A stretch of DNA of 64,000 nucleotides from Kondoa subrosea (lineage: Eukaryota): the NCBI GenBank assembly GCA_039545335.1, contig BCIN01000003.1, positions 930,001-994,000 of the forward strand, read 5' to 3'. Shown here one piece after another: positions 25,489 to 39,200 of the stretch (the first letter of the stretch is position 1; each line of letters starts with the position of its first letter). The notes under the pieces were generated by a model that saw nothing but the letters and a program-made list of their open reading frames with translations, was not told the origin of the DNA and made no database searches. The position numbers and the translations under genes are program-made.

Positions 25489-28400
25489 TTATTCGCTCTT
25501 CGCGACGTGTGCTTCGTCTTTCGGTACCAGCAGAGTTCCAGCTCCATCGGCCTTATTTTCCACTTCGACCAACCCCTGAGGACCAGCTCGTTCCTTGTCG
25601 GGATCTACGACATCCTTGATTATGCAAGCACATCATCAGTCAAATTACTTTAAAATGATGTAGGAGCTGTTGACAAACCTTCAGTGCATCGAGGCCGGCT
25701 GACTCTTCTCCCGCACTATTTGTACTCGTATCGAAAACAGAGGCGCCAGCATCTTCGAAAGATGGTAAGAAGCCAGAAGCGCTAGCGTTGAATTCATCAT
25801 CAAACGGTCCAAGATGTATTTGTTCAGACGTCGAAGTCGAAGCTGGAGCAGTTTCGAAGTCTCCAAAATCATCATCAAAATCATCATCATTCTCTTCCTC
25901 GTCTTCAGCACTTGCAAAGGGATCACTGAAAGGATCGACGTTATCGTTGGCTGCCGAGCTGTCGTAATTTGTTTTGAATTCTCGATTCCAGCTAAGCAGA
26001 TTGTCAGCTTGCGTATCTGATGGCAAGCTTGTACTCACTCTGCAGGAGTGAGATTCGGCTGAGTAGAGCCGAAACTATCATCAAACGACCCTTTCTTGTC
26101 TATTGAAGGTGGACTCTCGAAGTCGCCAAACGCATCTTCTGCTGAGGACTAAAGCAAGACATCACTTCAGATCCGAGTGAGTATGACGATAAAATAATGT
26201 ACGTTTAGCGATGCCGATTTCTGGTCACTTCCAAACAGGCCAAAATCAGTATCTTTGGGGTCAAAGCCAGACTGCCAATCGTCTTCCTCCTCGTCGGAGC
26301 TGGAGGTAAATTTGTCAGGTAGATCACTTGATATTTGCTGTATCAGGTAGCGAGCGAACTATATTACATCTGAAGTTCAGCCAAGCCACTTGAACCAGCA
26401 GACGTTGCTCACTTGATCATTTGTCTTGCCGTTCGCTGTAGGGCTTGCAGGTTGGCCAGTTTTAGAATCCCCGTCCGAGCCTTCATTGGCATTCAAGCTC
26501 ATAATTCTCGAGGATCGATTCGACATTGGGAATTCATCATCATCATCGGACATTCCGCTGCTGGATGAAATAGTGTCATTGACTGCCGCACTGACGCCAC
26601 CGCCTAATAAAGCCATATCGCTCTGTCGTGTAGGCCGCAGAATTGTCGAAACGTAATTGTCCCAAGCTGAAATGTCCATGTGTGCTTTCGCCGAGCGGTA
26701 GATCTCTTCTGGGTAATGACTGAATAGCTTGACGATTTCTTCTGCTATGAGTGACATGTGGCCCATGTAGCCCATTCTGACACCTTTGCCGGATTTACTA
26801 CATGATTGTCAGTTTACCGGTCATTCAGCAGGAAAAAACAAACAACATACTTTGCATTATCATTGGCAGCTTGACCTTCGAGTATTCGGTTGGTGAGCTG
26901 ATTCTCAGTGAAGACTTGCAAACACATTTTGCGACTGAGAGGATTATCGAGTCGTCCGGTAAAGGTTTGTTGCAGCAGATCATAGATGACATTATGCAGG
27001 AAGTTATTCCAGGGGTATTCGAAGAAAAGGTCCTGTGCCGTTCAGATCAGAATAGACCTTGCTACATGCCAATGAAGCTCACTATCAGAACATTTGTGAT
27101 CTTCTGGTCGAGCATTCGGCTTTTAAGTAATTGTCCAGGAGTGATGGCATTCGAAGTGGATTTCTCTTCTGCTATTGCTTCGGAGTCGATAGATTTCTCC
27201 TCGAGCGAAAGATCCTTGATTTGTTCTTCTGCATGAGAGGTGTTTTCAAAGGCTCTGACTCTAGACTGAACAGGACTTTGCGCGGGTGAATCGAGAGAGA
27301 TATCTTCCATTCCTGCAGGTAAATGGAACGATTCGTCCGTGTAAGCTTTTGGCGAGTTGTAATTTGATGTTGCATCTGATCCTAAATCCACTGTGTTGGC
27401 CGATTGATCACTATCGACTACAGGCTGAGGATTGCTCAGAGCTATTTCTAAGCGGCTGATCGCATCCGTATGAGGGATCAGTCGGCCTGTCGAACCGTAT
27501 TGAGGCCCTTCGCCAGACTTGCGATTCAGTAGGCCCATGTTGGAGCAATGTAGCAGTTCCGCGTAGAACTCGCATATACGAAACCGCTCTTTTGACAGAG
27601 GTGTCACTGGTCCTTGAGTCATATGCAAAGGCGTGATCTATAAAGTAATAAGATAAAGCACAGAGGAGCGAGATTGCGAGGCTCACATTCGATCTTGGGT
27701 GTAAAAGGAGTTGCTGAAAATCTCCGAGCCGCTCGCTGACCAAACACAACAGCGGTCCAAGATGAACTACACTGGGACCATCTTGAACTTCATCTTTTAA
27801 TTTGGTCTCTACTGAAGGCTCTTCTTCCGTAGTCGGCGAAGAAGCAGCCGTAGGTACTCGTTTTTTCAAGTAATGTAATATCTGCTGTTCTGAGAAATCC
27901 GAATTGTTCTTCCGTATCAGATCGATCAGAATTGCAAGAGAGTTGACCAGCGAGGAAGTAATGGATTCAGGAGAAGGTGAAGATTTGGTGAATGGAGAAG
28001 TAGGGAAAGTAGGTAGACGAAGTTCGTTAGGCTGAGCAGGAGAAAGAGTTGGCAGATTTGTAATCGACGTTGCTAGCGACGCATTACCAGATCCAGAAGG
28101 AGTTGCAACAAAGTCCTGGAAAGTACTTCTCTTCGGCGTTGTTGCATCTTGTGCTGCAGCTGCGTGTGCCTCTAGCTTTTCTTGTGGAGCTCCAGTTATC
28201 GAAGCCGCTGCTTCTGTAGCATCATCGAACATATAGTTGAGTAGTCTCGTGACAATCTCCTCGCTGGCCAATTCTCGCAGAAATTTGCTGTCTACCCAAT
28301 GAGGTGCTTGATCATCATCTTGCCTTTGCAAACCATTGATCTTGGATTGACCCCAAGCCGTTTGTGATCCATTCGCGCCAGCTAGCGGCAGATTGAATTC

Positions 28401-29423
28401 GATATTAGCTGCTGTTGTGTTTGCGGTGCTACAGAAGTTGATGATAGCCTTGATGAATTCGGCTACGTTGGCATGTGTATCAGCAGGGTATGAAGGTGAA
28501 AGGTAATCAATCAATCGAGAGACAATTTGTAATTCCGGATGGCTGCAAAGGTATTCAATGATTCCACGACCCATGCCTGATTCTTCTGTTTGGATGTAGC
28601 GAAACATCAGATCTGAAATAGCAGTGGCAGAAGGAATGTGTTGTATCAGACGAGAGACGATGGCAGGATTGGATTTGAAGTAAGCTATCATGTCAAAAGG
28701 TCGTTCGGCTAGCAAGAAAGAGTTGACTTTAATCCAATAACCGAGTTGTACACTGTTGATTGTTCCTACGGGTGTTTGAGATGGATCATCAGATGGAAAG
28801 CGATCTAGCACAGTGGTCCAGAAGGGTTCTGATCAGATTAGTATAAGCGCAAGTAGCGCTGTCAGGTTGAAATAGACTTACTGATGTAGATGTCTAGGTC
28901 GCGGTAGAGCTCTTGTATAACCGAATGCACGTTACATAGAATGATTTCTGAGCACACATGAGGATATCTGTGGGAGCGCTAAATTAGCATCGATTGTGTT
29001 CGAGCTTTGGGTGACTGACTTGATGCGCTTCCTTTGCCTACTTTCGTTCTCGGATGGTGTGCTTGGGATCTCATCATCAGCTTCGAACGCAGAGCCATCC
29101 ACATAATCCAGCAGTCGTCGCACGACCCTCGGACGACCTAGAAAGTCAACCTGTATACTATTCTAAGCCGCATTCTCCATGCCTGGAATAGCCCAGCATA
29201 CGAGCTTGCTATGACCATTCTTGCATTCCTGCAACAGGTCATCCTCTTCCAGCAATTGTTCCAAAGTCAAGATAGGTACATGATCTGCTGATCCACCATT
29301 GCCGCTGCCGTTCTGATGTTCTAATAGCGAGCCTGAGCCAGGTGTGCTTGGTCCAGAAGCAGTGTTGAGCAAGGTATCTATCGCTGATTGCTGCGTGAAC
29401 GACCCAAACTTCCAGAATGACAT
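25489..29423 (-). CDS. SIT4/PP6 phosphatase-associated protein (SAPS family, Sap190/Ekc1-like)
   Basis: MSFWKFG...AIDTLL, LLEEDDLLQECK, IDLIRKNNSD, ERFRICEFYAELLHCSNMGLLN, YPWNNFLHNVIYD, RMGYMGHMSLIAEE. Confidence 0.92.
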
Positions 29424-29643
29424 TTCGGCGCAAGTGCTGGGACAAAGGGTGTAAAGCGAGCGTTATAGCAAGTCCATTGAGTCTCTTCTGGCGCGGCTGT
29501 GCTTAAGCAGGTCTGTACAGACTGAGTATGAGATCTACGGCTGTTATTTGTCAAGAGCTCAAGCGCGACTGCAAGCGCGAGGGTATCGATCACAATGCAA
29601 TGAAAGATGCACATAGCTCGGTCGAGCGCGTAGAAGCATATCA

Positions 29644-30470
29644 TTACGTCCATTCAAAACTCATTTCACATAGTTCAATACTAGCCCGCCTATAAGCATC
29701 CCATACAATCCATACAACCACATCTATTACGGTAGAGGTGAGTTAGCCTTTAGTCAAGAGAGAGCAATCTGAACTCGCGCCAGTTGTTGATTGACCAAAT
29801 CCAATCGTGATGCATAAACAGCAGAAGACAGCCCCGACGTTGAAGTAAAATAGTATTTTGGACCAAGAAGAGCTGTTGACGCACAGTCAGACGGTGAATG
29901 CAACCCACGGGAAAGACTTACGACCAATCAGATTTGCCAAAGATAGTTGGGAAGTGTTCGTCATTCTTTGGTGCCGTAAGCTTGACCTCCAGCCCTTTGG
30001 TGACTGCGTCGTCCTTCTCAAGCAATGTCAGGATTTCCAAATACTCCTGCCCCGTAATACCATATGCAGGAATTTCCAAAGTACTACTGTCGTCCATCCG
30101 CAGATCCAGGGATTTGATCCTCCATTCGTCCAACCTCATATCGTTTTGCCCATCGTGCTTCCAGACGTCCTCTTGTTTGTTTCCGATCACGCAAGCAATA
30201 GCTCCGAGTCGTTGAGCATACCTGATCTTTTCAACATAAGTGCAATCACAGCGCTGAACAAGTGCTATCCAATTTGAAGGTGGTTCAGGAAGCGCTTCTT
30301 CTGCAGTTTTGTCGCGACCGAATCTGTACGGCTCATAGTATGGGCAACCACGATTGATTGGCGTGCCATTGAGGTCGAATGGGAAGATAGGAGCAAGGTG
30401 GCGCTTGACCGTCAGGTTTGAAGCGATGAACGTTCAAAGACCGAAAGAGACTGGGCTATACATCGCTGGT
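29644..30470 (-). CDS. PA (protease-associated) domain plus transmembrane protein, no RING finger seen; 5' end unresolved, may extend to ~31100
   Basis: Frame not fully shown in the ORF track reads NRGCP...NWIALVQRCDCTYVEKIRYAQRLGAIACVIGN...LEIPAYGIT; after splicing a hydrophobic helix (KILFYFNVGAVFCCLCITIGF) and a short tail follow. Confidence 0.65.
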
Positions 30471-31198
30471 CGCTGATCGAGTGGTTGGGAAAGGAAGGTC
30501 AGGAAAAGAGAGACGCTTCTGAACACAAAGGTGGATTGGGTAATATTGTAATTTACGTATCGAAAGACACAATTTGCACAAAGAGCAATAGGGAGCGACG
30601 CGCCCAAGCTTGAAGAGCAGCATGGATCCAGATAGTCAAAGACTGGGTATGAGCTTTGTGAAGTGGCTGTTTCGCGACAAGACTCAGGCGCGGCTGCAGC
30701 GGGGCGAATTGAATCGCCATTAGCAGTATTTCAAGTGGAAACTGATGTATGATGTACACTGCGTCAACTATGCTGAATCTCATTACAGGAGTCCATCTTC
30801 ATTAGCCGCAATTAACCTGACAATCATGATTAGGTGATGGATTCACAACCTCGGAAGAGTCGACACGTCACATCAGGTTGACAACAAATAGCGGAAGCAG
30901 GACATAGAGAGGGACTAGAGAAAAGATGGAAGACTGGGACGAGAAAAAACCAAAATATTCGCCGACTTCGATGTCGCTGGAATAAGATCTGAAGGGAATC
31001 CAGAACAACTGGTTTGATTGCCGCAAAGTACGCAAGAGGGACACCAGAGGTTTGGCGATGAAGAGACGAGACATGGACAAGAGCGAGAACGATAGCAGTC
31101 CAGCTGAGCAAATGCCAAAACGCTGCAGTCCACAGCACATACAATCACGTACATTAAGATAATCTTCATATTATACATTTGATACCCAGTAGAAACGA

Positions 31199-33530
31199 TC
31201 AGGTTGCCATAGAAACTTTTAAAGGCATTTGCGATAATCCAGAAGGATCATTGCGAACATAAGGTCTCTGTGCGATCGTGAGCAAGCAGGTCCACTTTTT
31301 TTGTCAGAGAATTAGCGCACCGTCACAATCAATGTCTTGCCATAAATGTCCCTGTGAACATCATGTTCATCGAATTGCAAGGTTTCCAGAAGAGTTGAAA
31401 GTATAGCTTTGAATTCCAGAAGGGCGAAGCGATCTGTTTCACAAAGATTGAATAGGCATGAGGTGAGCAAATGCAGCCTTTGGAACGACGTACATCCAAT
31501 GCCTGTGCGCGTCAACAGATCAGACTGCTGTCAAGATCATGCAGACAATGACTCACAAGCACGCGGTCCACCAATGAAGGTGCTTAAAAATCGTCAGCTT
31601 TCTTCCAGGTGCAGACGAGGCAACTTACAATATGTTCGAGTAAATTGATCCGCGAGTGGCAGGACCGACTGTTTCCGGCAGATCAGACAACCAACGATCA
31701 GGACGGAATTGACCAGCATCTTCTCCCCAGATACTTGGGAGAGCTACAGCGTTGAGTTTAGTCAACAGCGCGAGGAATTAGATAATTCTGCTCACTGTTG
31801 ATAACCCTGATGGGAATATGGAAATTGTCTCCTTTATGTACGCGAATCGATGTTACTTGAGTACCGTTCTTGAGTGTGACAGGTGCCGAGAGTGGAAGAT
31901 CATCATCCTTGTCGACAGTTCTTTCGGTATTGAGAACAGGAGGGCGAATTCTCAGGACTTCTTTCTGTATGGGAACATATTCAACACAGATATAATCTGC
32001 ACTGTCATCACTTACAGTTACCGCTTCGAGGAAAGGCATAGAATTCAATTGCTCCGCAGTGAAAGAGTCCAATGTATCAAGACCGTTTTCGATTTTTGCC
32101 TGGCGTATTTCTTCGCGTAATCTCTTCTGTGACGCTTGATCGCGAGCCAGTTCCAATAATCCCCAGGTGAGTGCAGTGCTGGTAGTCTCAAATCCGGCTA
32201 CAAAAATCGTCTTAGTGTCATCACCAGATACTACTGTTGAAAGCCCTACCCAAAAGGAAGGTAGTCATCTGAATTCATATTGAGCGTTGGTCAAATTGAT
32301 CTGAATGAATGATTTGAAATGAATAAACTTACCTGTCCCAAAACTTCTTCATCACTCAAAGCCAATTTTGGATCGTCCCCCTGATTTGCCTTGACCAACA
32401 AGCTGAGTAAATCTTTACCAGTACTCTTTTCTCCAGAATTCGCGTCCTCTTTAGCCTTTTTCAGTAGCTTGATACATTCTTTGCGCATACTAGCTTGAGA
32501 GGCACTGATGGCTCGCGTTCTGCGAGTAGGCAAGTTTTGCAGTTTCGGAAATTTCACGAAGAAGAAGAAAGCAGCTTGGGCGAAAAGGTTGCCGGCGATA
32601 GATATTTGCTCGAATAGTCCTTCAAAAGCGACGCAAAGAGGATGTCTGTTTGCTTTCAAGGTATCAAATTTGGCTCCTAGTCCAGCAGCCCTACTTGAAG
32701 TTTAGCTGAGGCAGAGCAATAGATACAAAGGATACTCACCCAATGATATCAAGAGTGCATAGCCCGAGAGGAGGATTGACATTACCCGACCAAGAACCGG
32801 AAGCATCTTTGACAAACTTGGTAAAGAGTTCTCGCAAGCCCAACGCTTTCTCGTTGAAGACGGGTACTAGAGCATTGACATTAGGCTGGTTGAAGGCTGG
32901 ACCCAATGCTCTCTTTTGATTTCTGTGAACGTCTGTTACTTAGATGAGTAACAGCCGTCTTCACTGTTGGGAATGCAAGAGACCTACCTCCTTCCATGAA
33001 TAGAATACCCTTTCCTAAAATCCGGCCAAGCAAAGCACCGACTTCTTCAGGTTTGGGGTAGTCATATGAACGGTTTAGCATTATATGAGCCAATGCCTTG
33101 GGATCGCTGATCATAATTCTTTCGTTGCCAGCAAACACTAAACTCTGGGTCAATACCAAGTCTGTATTGTGACGAAACACCTACAGCCGTATCGGACGAC
33201 GCTGCCAAATTTCTGTGTCCAAGTCTGTAAAGTAACATTAGGCAATGATGCAACGTGTCAATGTTCACTAACAGTGTGAATCACTCCAGGATCGGTCGCA
33301 AAGATCTCCTTCATGTTACCGCTGAAGAAGCTAGTTCTTGCAGGGGAAGGAAGGTTGCGATTGTGAGAGATGTAAGGATACCAGATGAATGTCTTGTACA
33401 AGACATTGACTAAGATGTATGCGAGAAACAAGACAAAAAGACCAGCGGTTGCTTTGGTCAAGCTGAATGGACCAAATAAATTGTATAAGGAGTCGGAGAC
33501 TTGTAACAGAACATCTTGAACGGAACCCAT
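31199..33530 (-). CDS. Cytochrome P450 (multi-exon)
   Basis: N-terminal anchor followed by LPSP, I-helix AGFETT, K-helix KEVLR, FRPDRW, heme motif FIGGPRAC split by introns. Confidence 0.93.
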
Positions 33531-34057
33531 GCTCGACAGCTGGTTGCAGGTGCAAGAGGACTGATTACACGTATAGAGCTCCATGTGAACGTGAAAAGCG
33601 GAAATTAAATTATGTAAGGCCCTGACCGAGCGTCCGAAGACTCAAGTGATAGTGTAGGTCTCTCAGATGGTGTCATCTAAGCCTCGGTTATCGCTATTGC
33701 ATCCGAGAAGCTGCTCCAGGCCCGATGCAATTGATGAGAGAAATCTCGAAAACAACCTGAAGAGAATGCTGTAACAACGAGCAGGACTGCCCGCCATGGC
33801 TACGCACAGGATTACAGAGTATCCACCATATACCAGACTGTTCTCATGTCGTCTGCACCATGTTTGTTGATGAAACACCCTAATGCCACGCATTTATCTC
33901 TGCTTGAGCCGCTCACTAATTTTCGTTTCTATGTGTGATTCTCTCGTTTTTCTCTTTTCCCACCACGTCCTCCGCTTCGCGTCCCACTTTCCTTTTGCTG
34001 GCTTTCTGTCGTATCTCCGTCTATTCGCTCAACCATCCTTGGAAATTTGTCAACAGC

Positions 34058-35990
34058 ATGGGCGCTTACGCAGTCGTTTCGGAAGCAGTACAGCAAGCGC
34101 TAGCCAAACAATTAATCAGTTTACCAGCGGACGTCAAGTGAGTGCAGTTTTATGAGCGCACAAACAGAGCTGCGCTGAAAAAAGTACGCGAAGTCCATAT
34201 CTCTTTCTTGGGGCAAAGATAGAAGAAACCATTCCCGATCTGGATGACGGTCCATTCAAAGGGCTTCTGTATTTCGCGCTGGCAGTAAGCGGCATTCGAG
34301 CGGAATGAATGCTTGCTGACTTTTTGTGGCAGAGTCATGTTGTCGCTTTGATATGCAAGTGAGTGACGTGATAGATAGCCAAGGAAACTCATTGATGGAC
34401 TGATGTAGCTTGGGAATCATATTCCAGAAATGTGAGTTCATCCCGTCTAAACAGCATCTTTAACTTACTCTTCTGCTTAGTCCGCAGCAGACAGCTGTGG
34501 CTGTTCAAACGTGTATGTCTCAAGCGCGGGACTTATATCTGTATGTGCTATGAAGCCATTGTCAAGCGGAACGCTAATTGGTTTCTCAGGTATGCACGCA
34601 AACCTGGCTCTGGCAATCTTTGCGACTATCTACTGCGGAGTAGTATTACCCGCCATCTGGTTCCAAGGTATGTTCAGATCACTAGTACGTAATCACTACT
34701 CACCTTTCACAAAGCTACTCGAACACTTCCCGATCTCATGGATCATCTGCAACTCTACATCTTACTAGCAAATATGTTCCTACTTCTCTCTGGATGGACC
34801 GAAATGTGTGGATGCGTTCAGTCGGCTATTGCTTTTCAGCAAGCGGGAACGTAAGTCGCCTCATGCACCGCTGATTCGACGCTGATGTTAACGAACGTAG
34901 ACAAAGTGACTACAGCATCTTCACTCTCCCTCCGCTCGTTATCGATTCGGTCCTATATGCTTTCCCATTCATCTTCGCTGGCGCATACCTGCCTTTCCTT
35001 GTTCTCCTGGATCAACATTACACCAAAGCCATTCAATCAGTTCGCACTATTCTACATTTACTAGATACCAAAGGCGCTACATGGACAAGTGGTCGTATGG
35101 AACTACCAGTGGCTGCTCAAGGTGCGCACTTTGCACTTTCTGACCCAAAAAGAGCTATGGCTCTAATGGGTCATACAGCCTTACAATTGTTTGGACACTT
35201 TAACACTGAATACTCAAGCTTTATTCGATGGACTGCGACTTTGGGCGCCTGGAGTCTTGGAGTAGTCGTCTTCCTTGTGCTCGTAAGTACAAATAACCCT
35301 TTCTATCTCCAACTTGGCAAAACAAGGTGACAGATCTGGTTGCCTTTCCTGATTGCTCATATCGCAATGATTCTGCATCAAATACGTGTTCTGGTGAGAG
35401 ATTATACTAGCCTGTGAAAGGATAAATGCAGACCATGTTTACTCGCCCTACAGAAAGACTCCTCGGTTGCTCAAATGAAGAGTCGATCAGGTGGTCAGAT
35501 CAGCTTATCAGAAGAACAGCACGCTTCTGATGATACTATTGCCAACTTGGTTTCTGTCTGCAAGAAAAGAGCCATTTCGGCCTTGATTATCATCACCATT
35601 GCCTTGTTCGACGTGGCCATTTTGACTCTCCCTGTCTTTTGGCCTTGGGAATTGACTCTGCAAAGGCATCTGTATCAAACTTTCATTGGTAAGCTCCGCA
35701 AACCTTTTCCCGATAGATTGAGATCTAAGCCTTGAAGTAATCAATCAGTCGGGCCGTTGATTATTTACTCTGTTCTTGGTACACCTATCAGCGCTGTTAT
35801 TCTCTGGAACTGCTTTCAATCCCAAGCTGTGCGAGAAGGAGCCCGAAACCAAAAGAGCGGAGAATCTGTCTTTCGACTCAACAACGGAACGCACACCATT
35901 ACTGTTACCGTGGATCGCAGGATTGATGTCGACGGAAGGAGTATTACAAGTCAGGATGAATATGAGTTGAAGAAGACTGTGTCTGAGTAA
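34058..35990 (+). CDS. Uncharacterised multi-pass membrane protein (about 6-7 TM, many short exons)
   Basis: Canonical introns separating hydrophobic exons (LALAIFATIYCGVVLPAIW, FIFAGAYLPFLVLL, LGAWSLGVVVFLVL, AISALIIITIALFDVAILTL, IIYSVLGTPISAVILW); polar C-tail. Confidence 0.6.
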
Positions 35991-36230
35991 GCTTTTGGTG
36001 TTGTATTAAACAGCTTTCAGGTCACTCATGCGCGGTTCATCAGGACTGTTTTTGGCGTCGCATGATTAAGAGAAAAGTGTATATTAACGGGCCAAGGTGT
36101 ACTATGTATGCAAAATTTGGTAGGACCGAGCAGATAAATGACCCCAACGCGAAGTACAAATTCAAGTTTAGGCTGTTCCTCTTTTCTTCAACCATTACCG
36201 GAGCTTGCAGCAGAGTCTGAACAACCTGCT

Positions 36231-39200
36231 ATGAGTCAACCTAACGGCTTTGTGTCTTCTGTTTCCTCCCTCCTCAGCATCAATGGGACACACACAAATG
36301 GCCCAACGCTCGACAATACTCGACCTCTAGTTTTGTCCTACACTCCCACTGGGACCAGAGTACATCTACCTGTGCCAGAAAAGGACTATGTAGCTGCTGA
36401 AATCCTGCGAGATGTTTTTACTCGATTTTTGGATGATAACCAGGATGCGAAAGTTGCTCTAGCTTTTGATGAAGTAGATGGATCAGCAGAAGAGGAAGAG
36501 AACGACGACGACGATGCAAACGCTACAAAAGCTGGTCAAGCAAAAGCACAACTTAAGCAAGATAGACAGCTAGTCTTGCTTTCTCTCTTTCTTCGCTTAG
36601 TCGCTAGTCCAGCCCATACCAGTCCTCGCAAGAGTGCTCGTTCAGATGCAAACGTTTCTATCTTACTTGCTGCGGTCACTTATCTGGTTAAAGCTTTCCT
36701 CGAACCTTCAAACATCGATATTCATGCTCTCGCTTTCAAGCTGGATACTGAGCAAAGAAGGATTGTTATCCGAAGCTACTTTGAAGCTAGGACAGTATTG
36801 GAACAGGCAGGCAAACTCAATATCGCTACTGGTCCGCTCAGCAAATTGTTGACGGGAAGTCAAGATCAAGCTACTATTCATGCTGTCTTTGGTGGTCAGG
36901 GAACAAACGAGGTCTACTTCGATGAGCTATCCGTAAGCGCAAATTGCACTGTATCCTGCTTGTTACGCTGAACTTTCATCCAGAGCTTATATGCACTTTA
37001 TGCACCGCTCTTGACCGACATCCTTTCCAAAGCAACCGATGTCTTGTCGAAATTGGCTGAAAAGAATAAGGCAACTCTTCTCTACCAACACTCGCTTCTT
37101 CCTCTACCCTGGCTACTGTCACCCGAATCTCGCCCGCCAACTGCTTACCTCGCTTCATGTTCCGCTTCCTTACCTCTGATCGGTCTTACTCAAGTCTGCC
37201 AATACATCGTCACCGCCAGAGTACTTGGCTTATCACCTGATGAAATGAGAAGCAAGTTTTCTGGTGCGACCGGTCATTCGCAAGGTGTAGTTACTGCAGC
37301 TATTATTTCGCGTAAAGTGGATGGAAAGGGATGGGAGGGATTTGCGGAGAATGCTGTCCAAGGACTGACTTTGCTCTTCTATATCGGCATGAGAGGGTAA
37401 TTAGATTCAGTCAGAGACCGATGGTCTGGATGCTCAGTCAATACTTACAGAACTGAAGCCTTTCCTCCTCGCTCGGTGGCGCCTGCTCTGGTGAAGGACT
37501 GTGTAGAAGAAGGCGAAGGAACACCTACTCCTATGTTGGCCGTCACTGGTCTAGCGGAAGCACCTCTTCAGAAAACAATCGATCAAACCAACGCTCACCT
37601 TTCTTCGCAAGGGAAAGGCACAGTTCATATTAGCTTGTACAATGGTCTGAAAGCGTTCGTTGTCACCGGACCACCTGCAAGTTTGGTTGGTCTCGCCTCG
37701 CATCTTCGCAAGAACAAGGCTCCTTCAGGCAAAGATCAATCCAAAATCCCATACTCCAAACGGTTGCCTTCTTTCTCCTTGCGATTCTTACCTATTCCAG
37801 TACCTTACCATTCCATCTACCTTGAAGGTTGCACAAAGAAGGTCATTGAGAATGACATTCCAGATGGTTCTTTCTGGGATCGCAAACAATTGACTATTCC
37901 AGTCTTCAACACTGAACATGGGAAAGATCTACGAGAAGAAAATAGATCCGACTTACTCACTGAATTGTGCGATCAAATCTTTTCTTCTCCTATACACTGG
38001 GCTATTGCTACCAACTACCCACCAAAAAGTACTCATGTGATTGATTTCGGTCCTGGTGGAAACAGTGGAATTGGTAGTCTGACTGCTAGAGAAAGAGAAG
38101 GAACTGGTGTGAGAATTGTTTTCGCTTCAGGCGGAACTGCTGGAAGAGGCAATGAAGAAGTGTACGATGCTCAAAGAGTTCGCTATGAATCTAGATGGGA
38201 AGAGAAGTTTGCACCGAAATTGGTAAAGACTTCTGATGGACGGATTCATCTTGATACACCTTTCTCTCGATTACTCAGCAAACCTCCTCTTATGATTGCT
38301 GGTATGACTCCTTGTACTGTTCAAACGGGTTTCAACGCTGCTTTCCTCAATGCTGGTTATCACGGTGAACTTGCTGGTGGAGGTCATTATAATGAGAAAG
38401 CTTTGAGAGCAAGAGTAGCTGCTATCTCTGCTGAGCTCAAGACTCCAGGCATTGGCTTGACCCTGAATGCTTTGTATATCAATCGTATGTTAGATCTCGT
38501 GGTCGCTTGTATCCGGCTAATAGCTGCCATAGAGCGTCAATTTACTTTCCAGGCAAGCAGGTTACTGAAAGGCAAAGTAGTCTAGGCTAATGTGTCACTG
38601 CTTCTTGCAGTTTCCCTTATGGTGTCAGATGAAGAAAGAAGGTCTACCTATAGAAGGTCTTTGCGTTGCTGCAGGTATCCCAAGTGCAGACAAAGCTGCC
38701 GAAATTATTTCAACACTTCGGGAAGCCGGTATAAAGCATGTCAGTTTCAAGCCTGGATCTGTTGAGGGTATTCGCCAAGTAGTCAACATCGCTGCCAGCA
38801 ATCCTGATTTCCCTATTATCATGCAATGGACCGGAGGTCGAGCTGGTGGTCATCACAGTTGCGAAGATTTCCATCAACCTATGCTTGCCACTTATGGCTC
38901 AATCCGTCAATTCCCTAATCTGATTTTGGTTGGTGGCTCTGGATTCGGAAGCGTAGATGACGTTTACCCATACTTGACTGGTGAATGGAGTAAGAAGTAT
39001 GGCGTTCAGGCTATGCCCTACGATGGTTTCCTCTTTGCAAGTCGTGTCATGGTTGCGAAAGAGGCGCACACTAGTACATCGGTCAAGCAGCTTATTGTTG
39101 ACGCTCCTGGTGTCGATGATGATAAGGTGAGTATTGAGCCCGATTTGCAGAATGCTGCTAACTCAGTGACTTTCCCACAGTGGGAACAAACCTATGACAA

